From Octopus vulgaris (Eukaryota): a DNA stretch of 64,000 bases. The notes beneath the pieces were generated by a model that saw nothing but the letters and a program-made list of their open reading frames with translations, searched no databases and was not told where the DNA came from. Location: positions 12,152,001-12,216,000 of the forward strand of contig OX597839.1 in the NCBI GenBank assembly GCA_951406725.2, read 5' to 3'. Below, one piece after another: positions 56,541 to 64,000 of the stretch; the stretch's first letter is position 1; each line of letters opens with the position of its first letter. The translations under genes and the position numbers were made by a program.

Positions 56541-56545
<5 letters not shown>
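56264..56545 (+). mobile_element. Solo pLTR / 3' fragment of the Neptune PLE family, with HHR remnant at 56417-56450
   Basis: Colinear with 2222-2460 (cacaacgacctcgaac..gaaaccggtact..ataaaattattttagcattttcta). Confidence 0.88.
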
Positions 56546-56577
<32 letters not shown>

Positions 56578-56580
<3 letters not shown>

Positions 56581-56720
56581 TATATAAAATCCGTTCTGTC
56601 AGTCATTGTGTGTGTCTTCTAGGATCTCGGACATCCTCCATCCGATTACGCTCAAATTTGATATGTAGATACCGACGGTATCAGGGCGTGTATAAGTCTT
56701 GAAAAAATTACAAATATCGA
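56578..56720 (+). mobile_element. Probable Helitron 5' fragment
   Basis: tatataaaa start followed by a ccgatt..caaatttg type body; no 3' end. Confidence 0.4.
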
Positions 56721-56726
56721 GCGTTT

Positions 56727-56915
56727 GTCGCCCATACATCGCATAACAACCGGTGCTGGTTCGTTTATGTCCCAGAAAAAACCTCGGCAAAAAAGTTCCA
56801 ATAGAATAAGTACCAGGTTTAAGAAAGGAAATCAACTGACATCGATTTGTTCGACTCAGTTCTTCATAGCAGTGCCCCAACATGGGCGTAGTCCAACGAC
56901 TGAAGCAAATTAAAC
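56727..56915 (+). mobile_element. SINE family B, 3' half
   Basis: atagaataagtaccagg..gtgccccaacatgg. Confidence 0.75.
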
Positions 56916-57385
56916 ATAAAGGACAATTTATGAACGATAAACGCAAAACGAATCAGTTAAACCAGGTGCGAAACTGCATTAGCTGTGCATGGCAGCAGGT
57001 ACACTTAAACCGAAGAGAGGGTCACGGTTGGATGGAAGATTACTCGGAATTAAACAACAACAGTACAGAGGACATCAATCAACGATTCACTGAATCAAGC
57101 AACAAGCCAATCATTGAAAGAAAAAATCAATCAATAAATCGATATGTATTAAGTTAATACGAGTAAATAGTTTAGTCACGCGCAGGGAAACTATCGATAG
57201 GTTCAATAAAAAATTAGAAATCAATGATTTGTGAATATAAAAATCGATTAATCATGGCCAAAGTGAAACTCTCATAAAACTATGCACTGCACTGGATATT
57301 CGATTTGATAATTGAATGTATGTTTGTGGAGTGTGTGTGCGTGAGAGAGAGAGAGAGAGAGAGAGAGGGAGAAAGAGAGAGAGAG

Positions 57386-57447
<62 letters not shown>

Positions 57448-57779
57448 AATGAGCTGTGAGTATGCGACTGAGTGCGTGTGTATGTGTGTCTGACATTTAC
57501 GCATGAATGTGTGTCTATCTCCTTCTCTCGCTCTCTTTGTCCTACATCCCTGATCGTCTCTTTTCCTTGCACACACACAAACACACAACATCTCTCTCCC
57601 TCTCTGGCTCTCTCTCTCCATTAAACTGTATCAATAGAAAGAGCTGATATATACGATTGTAAATGTGTGTATGTGTGCATGCTTCATATGAACGTGTGTG
57701 TATGTGTGCATGCTTCATATGAACGTGTGTGCATGTGTGTATATATATTTGTGTATATATATATATATATATATACAGA

Positions 57780-57893
57780 TACGATGGGTTTCCTTCAGTT
57801 TCTTCCAACTAAATTCACTCTTAGGCTTTGGTTGACCTGAGTCTATAGACTTGCCCAAGTCCCATGCAGTGGGACTGAGCCCGAAACTATTTG
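57780..57893 (-). mobile_element. SINE family B, 5' fragment
   Basis: tccttcagttt..ggctttggttgacc..gacttgcccaag..gcagtgggactga. Confidence 0.75.
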
Positions 57894-57928
57894 GTATATA
57901 TATCATTCTTATGCAAAAATATTGTTGA

Positions 57929-57971
57929 CAGTGACTTCGAAGTTTCGGACTGTTAAGCCATCGTCGGACTG
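57929..57971 (-). ncRNA. Minimal hammerhead-like motif (CCGACGA core)
   Basis: cagt CCGACGA t ggc-ttaaca-gtcc GAAA cttcgaag TC actg. Confidence 0.65.
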
Positions 57972-58299
57972 CGATGCATCAATCTTGCCTTTATATTGTC
58001 TCTGTTAGGTTAAAATCTTCCTTGGATGTGTGAGTTTGAGCGGACTGTTAATTTGGTTCTTTTTAGATTAATGTAAAATTGCTCTGATTATAACTAAACA
58101 TAAAAATCATGCATTCATACATGCATGCCTACATACATACATATACATATACTTATAAAATAACGAATGCAGCTATACGTAATATAAAACCCAAAAGAAA
58201 AAAACTTAATTGTCGCTAATTGTGACTGGACTGACAGTGTCGGGTAGCACCTACATTGCTAAAAATAAAGTTACGACCCAACATTACCATTTTGCTTGT

Positions 58300-58919
58300 T
58301 ATGGGGGTATTGATAATAATGGAACACCACTTCTACGTGACGAGTGGTATGTGTAGTCGTTACAAATACTGTGAAGTCGAGCAGTCGGTGGTAGTTAGTC
58401 ATAGATAGTCGTGTCTTACTTGTCTAACTAACTCTGCTAACCCGGAGTGGCCGTTATAACCGTCCGACGTTGTATCTCCTTCATTACTGAATCAGCCATT
58501 GATTCCTATGCTAAAGATTATATACTGACAGTCGGGATTTAGCAAAACAATCCAGCGATACAGTGGTAACCATTAATGAGCTCTAATTTTGAGCGAAACT
58601 AGACTAGTATGGCGATCTTGCTCGCTGTGGGATGGTTACTTCCCCTGTCAGTGTATAGGCATCTACTTCTTTGCGGCTCTAAGGGTTTTTAGCTCTTATT
58701 TCTCGCAATGTAGGTGTTACCCTGCACAATTAGTGACAATTGGCTTTTTAAAAGAATACACCCTTATTTATTTCAAAAACACTTTATTGAAATTAATCGC
58801 AACAAATGATCAATTGAGCACTCTCTACAACAAAACATGCAGAAAAAATAAAATATAATAAACTGCTTTAATTATTTTTAATGAAAACCAGAATGGTTCG
58901 TGACTTCTGGGACACCCTG
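58300..58919 (-). mobile_element. Tc1-like DNA transposon 5' portion
   Basis: Terminus TA|CAGGGTGTCCCAGAAG; decayed ORF start near 58500 with RRSG.P. Confidence 0.5.
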
Positions 58920-59748
58920 TATATGCTTACATCCTCTTAGAGACACACTCATCATGGAAACAACACACATACATTTGAGCATGCATTCGCTCAGACATAC
59001 GTATACACATACATACAGGAAAGCATCAGTCTCTCTCACATACTAACGCAGAGTGTAAAACACAGAGACACCGTCACACACACACACACAAATCACTCAC
59101 TCACAATACTTAATTTATACATATTCACAAAAATAAACAATTGCACAAAATTTTGCTCGCATACTCTTCATTCTCACGCTCCCAAACAAAATTACACACC
59201 AATTTACATAACGACATTGCTATCGTCTGCCCCAGCCAATTGGTAACAAGCATATCGCCAGTTTGCCCATATTACAACAAGAAGCTATGCAATGAATGCG
59301 AAATATCTATTGATAATCAACAAAGAATACTCCTTAGCTTCCAAATACATCATTACGAAATACTACATAGTTTTTTTTTGTATGCCTTTCATAATAGAGG
59401 TGCATAGCTTACATGTGGTGCACTTGGCTCTCTTTGATTTTGTAGCTTACTAGCTGGCGGACATGTTTTTGTTCAATCATTTCCACTTTAAAAATAAGTT
59501 TTCTATAGGTTTGTACTTCTTTTTCACTGTCTTCTCCTTCTCTCTCTCTCTCTCTCTCGCTCATTCTGCAAATATATGTGTATGTGTGCGTGCCAGTGTT
59601 TATACACACACACACACACAAACACAGGGGGTGGCGGGAGAGCAAAAGAGAAAAGAAGAGAGAGATGTATACACACGCATATATGTATGTATATATATAT
59701 ATATACACACACACACAAACATATATATACGTATATATATGTATATCA

Positions 59749-59827
<79 letters not shown>

Positions 59828-59879
59828 CACACACACAAGAACACGTACATGTATCCATGTCTGTCTGTCTGTCTATCTA

Positions 59880-59950
<71 letters not shown>

Positions 59951-59952
<2 letters not shown>

Positions 59953-60255
59953 TCAGGGTGAATACTTGATAAATGTAAGCACCTGCATAGGTGATAGGAT
60001 ATATGTATCAAGAGAAAAACAGGACGCAAAGGATTTTGCGGTACATATGTTTCGGGCTTTATCGAACAACTAATTCTTATATCAATGCATAGTTGATACA
60101 ACAGATAGATCAAAAGCCTTCTTCAGCCGCGTACAATTACCTCACCAAAGACATGTATCACATTATAACAGGTTTGAGAAAGAGTTTGAGAAAAAACCGA
60201 GTTTCATTGGGAAAGTAAATTCTCATAGGCGTATATGGTATTGCGAGACTCCAAA
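59951..60255 (-). mobile_element. Short PLE pLTR-like insertion with hammerhead, (TA)n at its 3' end and duplicated flank
   Basis: HHR at 60038-60130; 59826-59884 repeated at 60265-60322. Confidence 0.75.
60038..60130 (-). ncRNA. Hammerhead ribozyme with extended stem II
   Basis: gcgg CTGAAGA a ggcttt..(about 50 nt)..aaagcc c GAAA catatg TA ccgc. Confidence 0.8.
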
Positions 60256-60423
60256 ACATATATATACACACACACAAGAACACGTACATGTATCCATGTC
60301 TGTCTGTCTATCTATCTATCTATTTATCAACTTCTGTCGCTATTTTCACTCATTACGTCTGCAGTCATGCTAGAGCAATCCCTTCAGGTGGACCACGTTG
60401 ATCGCCTTTTCAAAAGCATACGG

Positions 60424-60543
60424 ATTATATAAAGGATTGAGGTAACTCCCGTGTCATCTAGTGAAATATCGTTCACTAGATGACAATGGCACCCTTCTTT
60501 TAATTTTGACTCTATATCTACTGGAGGAGTTACCTCAATCTTT

Positions 60544-60551
<8 letters not shown>
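60424..60551. repeat. Foldback/MITE-like nested inverted repeat
   Basis: 26-bp outer IR (1 mismatch) and a perfect 14-bp inner hairpin at 60452-60485. Confidence 0.8.
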
Positions 60552-60627
<76 letters not shown>

Positions 60628-60988
60628 GAAATAGAATAAAAATAGAAAGTCATAGGTACAGTATTGCACCTCTCTTTCTTTAACAGAGAACTATCTGTCA
60701 ATAAATGCAAACGATTTATTAGTTAAAAAATGTTTGAGGCATATTCGAAATCAAGAAATTCAGTGTTTTGTTATGGAGAAAAATTCTCACTGTAGACAAA
60801 TGAGTGTAAATACATCAAATTAGCTCACAGCACTACTTATCCAGATTGCGCGAAGCAAGCATTTCGGAGTGGTTATCTCCTCTTCAGCTACAGACACTGG
60901 AGTACTCTCTCCTCCACTTTACTTGTACAACCATGTTTTCCATTTCAGTTTTTCCCTGTTTCCCCTTCTCTGTTTCGTTCATGCTCCG

Positions 60989-61020
<32 letters not shown>

Positions 61021-61239
61021 CTCTTTCTCTCTGTTTCTCTCTCTCTCTCTCTCTCTCACTCGATTTTTCTATATCTCTCTATTTCAGCATTAAAGTCTCT
61101 GTCCCGTGGCTCTTCGTCAGAAAGGAAAACGGAAAAGTCCATAGAAGGACAGATATCACCAACAGCACATGTGTTGTTACATGGCTGAAGTAACCAGAAG
61201 TGGAAAGAGGCAGAGAAAGTGTATTTTGGGACAAGAGAG

Positions 61240-61472
61240 TGTGACGAGCTGGCAGAAACGTTAGCACGCCGGGCGAAATACTTAGCGGTATTTCGTCTAC
61301 CGCTACGTTCTGAGTTCAAGTTCCGCCAAGGTTGACTTTGCCTTTCATCCTTTCGGGGTCGATAAATTAAGTACCAGTTACGCACTGGAGTCGATCTAAT
61401 CGACTTAATCCGTTTGTCTGTCTTTGTTTGTCTCCTCTGTGTTTAGCCCCTTGTGGTCAGTAAAAAAAAATA
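61240..61472 (+). mobile_element. SINE family A (variant 3' end)
   Basis: gagctggcagaaacgttagcacgccgggcg..gcctttcatcctttcggggtcgataaa. Confidence 0.9.
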
Positions 61473-62242
61473 AGAGAGTGCGAAGATAGCCAATGTGTGT
61501 GTGTGTGTGTGTGATGTATGCACAAGGGTGTGATTCACGGGCAGGTTAGTGGCCGGTCTTCGATTCCGTCGTGAGAGGCGAGAGACGAGGTGAAAAGAGT
61601 GTGACTGGGTGTGGCTGTGTGAGTATGTGTGTGTGTATAAATACCACGGACTTCTTTCAATTTCCACCTACCAAACCCATTTTCCCCATACATCCTATCT
61701 CCACCTCCCCCTCTCTCTCTCTCTCTCTTTCATTCAGTCTCTTTTACGCGCTCTCTCTCACTCTCTTACTTGCTTCTCCTTATACTTGTTCGCTCTATAT
61801 CATTCTCCTCTTTCACCTTTTCTCCCTTGCTCTTTCTCCTTTACCTCTTACCTCTCCCCTCATTTCCATCTTCCTCTCCTATACTTCTTTCATACCTCCT
61901 TCTTCCATTCATTCCCTCCCTCTCTCTTTTTCTCTACTCAAACTATCTCCGTCTCAATCTCCAAATTGTAGTTATGTAGTATTATATATTCGTTGTTGCT
62001 ATCCTTTTCTCTCCCTCTCTCCAACCATATACTTCACTCTTTCAAAGTCTCACTCCCCTTCCTACTCACCCTTATACTCTCTACCTCTTTCTTATGCACT
62101 CTATCTGTCTTCCTCTCTCCACATTGCCACACTGTAATTCAATCAGAGCCAACATTGTCAGATATAACATTTTTAACTGAATCAACGAATTGCATTGAAA
62201 ACTACGAGGCAGACGTGATGTCTTTCAGCTATCATACACATA

Positions 62243-62324
<82 letters not shown>

Positions 62325-62406
62325 CACACACAGAGATTCATACACATATATTTCCATGCTTATACATATCTGTGCGTGTACATGTGCATATGTATACATG
62401 TGTACC

Positions 62407-62447
<41 letters not shown>

Positions 62448-62559
62448 ATGTATACACATATACATGTATGGATATATATACGTTTACACACACACACATA
62501 TCCATAAAGATGGATAGATTGATAGACTGTTGTTCGAACACACATAGAAACACACACAC

Positions 62560-62597
<38 letters not shown>

Positions 62598-62939
62598 ACA
62601 CAACACACACACAAGCTACATTACATTCAAAAACACACAAAACGAAATTAACATCACGTACAAATACATAAACCTAGATAAGATTTGATGCCGCCATGTT
62701 TGATGTGAATATGACTGATTTTGTTAAGTAGCAGTTTCGATTTAAGAAAGAAAGAGGAAAATAGCGGCCATTTTGTTAATCTTTTTATAGCGGTTCATTG
62801 TAAGATATATTGTTTCCCGAACACGTAGAGTGTGCAAACACAAACACACAAACAAATAAGCACATACACATACATTTATATGTACGAATTTATGTGTATG
62901 CACGTGTGTGCACGTCTGTGTGTGTGTGTATGCATTAAT

Positions 62940-63300
62940 AAGTCACATGTGACGAGAAAAGTGATAAGCCTCAAAATCGTAGGAAGCAGATGACTATATT
63001 TATTGAATGATACAGATATAAAGACTTACATGCAGAACTTCAAGTTACTGTATGAACGTTACGATGATCAATGCACTTCTTCAGCTGTTGCAAGTCCAGT
63101 TTTGTTTTGTACGTAAAGGGGCTAAGTGCAGCTGAAGCGGTGCGGCGATCACCAAATCGGTGTGGGATCAAAGAACTAGAAGATAGGTGGTTTCAGAGCA
63201 TGCAAAATGATGGCTTCTAGTTTGAATGCTGGACCGCTTTTGCTGTAAATTGACGAATAAAACAAACAAGTTACCAAAGTATAGCAAAATCTTCGACTCA
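62940..63300 (+). mobile_element. Internally deleted mariner-like remnant
   Basis: FLYVKGLSAAEAVR (N-terminal-like) joined to GIKELEDRW....DG (C-terminal-like). Confidence 0.45.
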
Positions 63301-63311
63301 GTGTAATATAT

Positions 63312-63375
<64 letters not shown>

Positions 63376-63412
63376 GCACAGACACAGACACACACATACA
63401 TACATACATACA

Positions 63413-63448
<36 letters not shown>

Positions 63449-63808
63449 TATACATACATATAAGAGACCAAAGTGTACGTACGCCGTTATATTTTTTATA
63501 AATAAGTAACACAAAATGGGTGAAGAACGCAAAACATCCAGATAGACGATACAAACAAAACAAGGACGGGTCATTCGGAGTTTTCTTTCCTTAGTCGAGT
63601 TCCAGATTATCTTTGCAATTTCGGCTGGTTATACTCGAGATTGCTCCAATCTGGCCAGCCCAAGGAAAAACTAAGCTAAGGGCATTAGATTACTTGGAAC
63701 AAAGCAGCGAAAGTATACGAAAACAAAGACGGAGAATGTTACACAAATACAAATAACAGGACATAACAACAGGCATTGTTATATATATATATATATATAT
63801 ACACACAC

Positions 63809-63952
<144 letters not shown>

Positions 63953-64000
63953 AATATTAGGGAATAAATCCAAATTTACAAGGAAAAATCAGATTTAAGA

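Overview
This is AT-rich, microsatellite-saturated eukaryotic DNA that looks intergenic or intronic. The SINE families and repeat landscape look like a coleoid cephalopod (Octopus-like) genome; this is by recognition, not a database check. No host protein-coding gene is recognisable, and nearly all ORFs in the track are microsatellite artefacts. The real content is mobile DNA: a 5'-truncated Neptune-type Penelope-like element (PLE; RT + GIY-YIG, one frameshift), a Poseidon-type PLE endonuclease remnant, two solo LTRs with 4-bp TSDs, Helitrons (one nested in a mariner MITE), Tc1/mariner, L1/Tx1, RTE and R4/Dong LINE remnants, and about 30 tRNA-derived SINE copies. The main finding is 11 minimal hammerhead-ribozyme (HHR) folds from several unrelated short PLE-like repeats, most ending at a (TA)n or other microsatellite. 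Their cores show all four Watson-Crick combinations at the tertiary 3:8 pair (C-G, U-A, G-C, A-U). One PLE 3' end also carries a tRNA-like Pol III head just upstream of its ribozyme. All folds were read by eye and none has been tested for activity.
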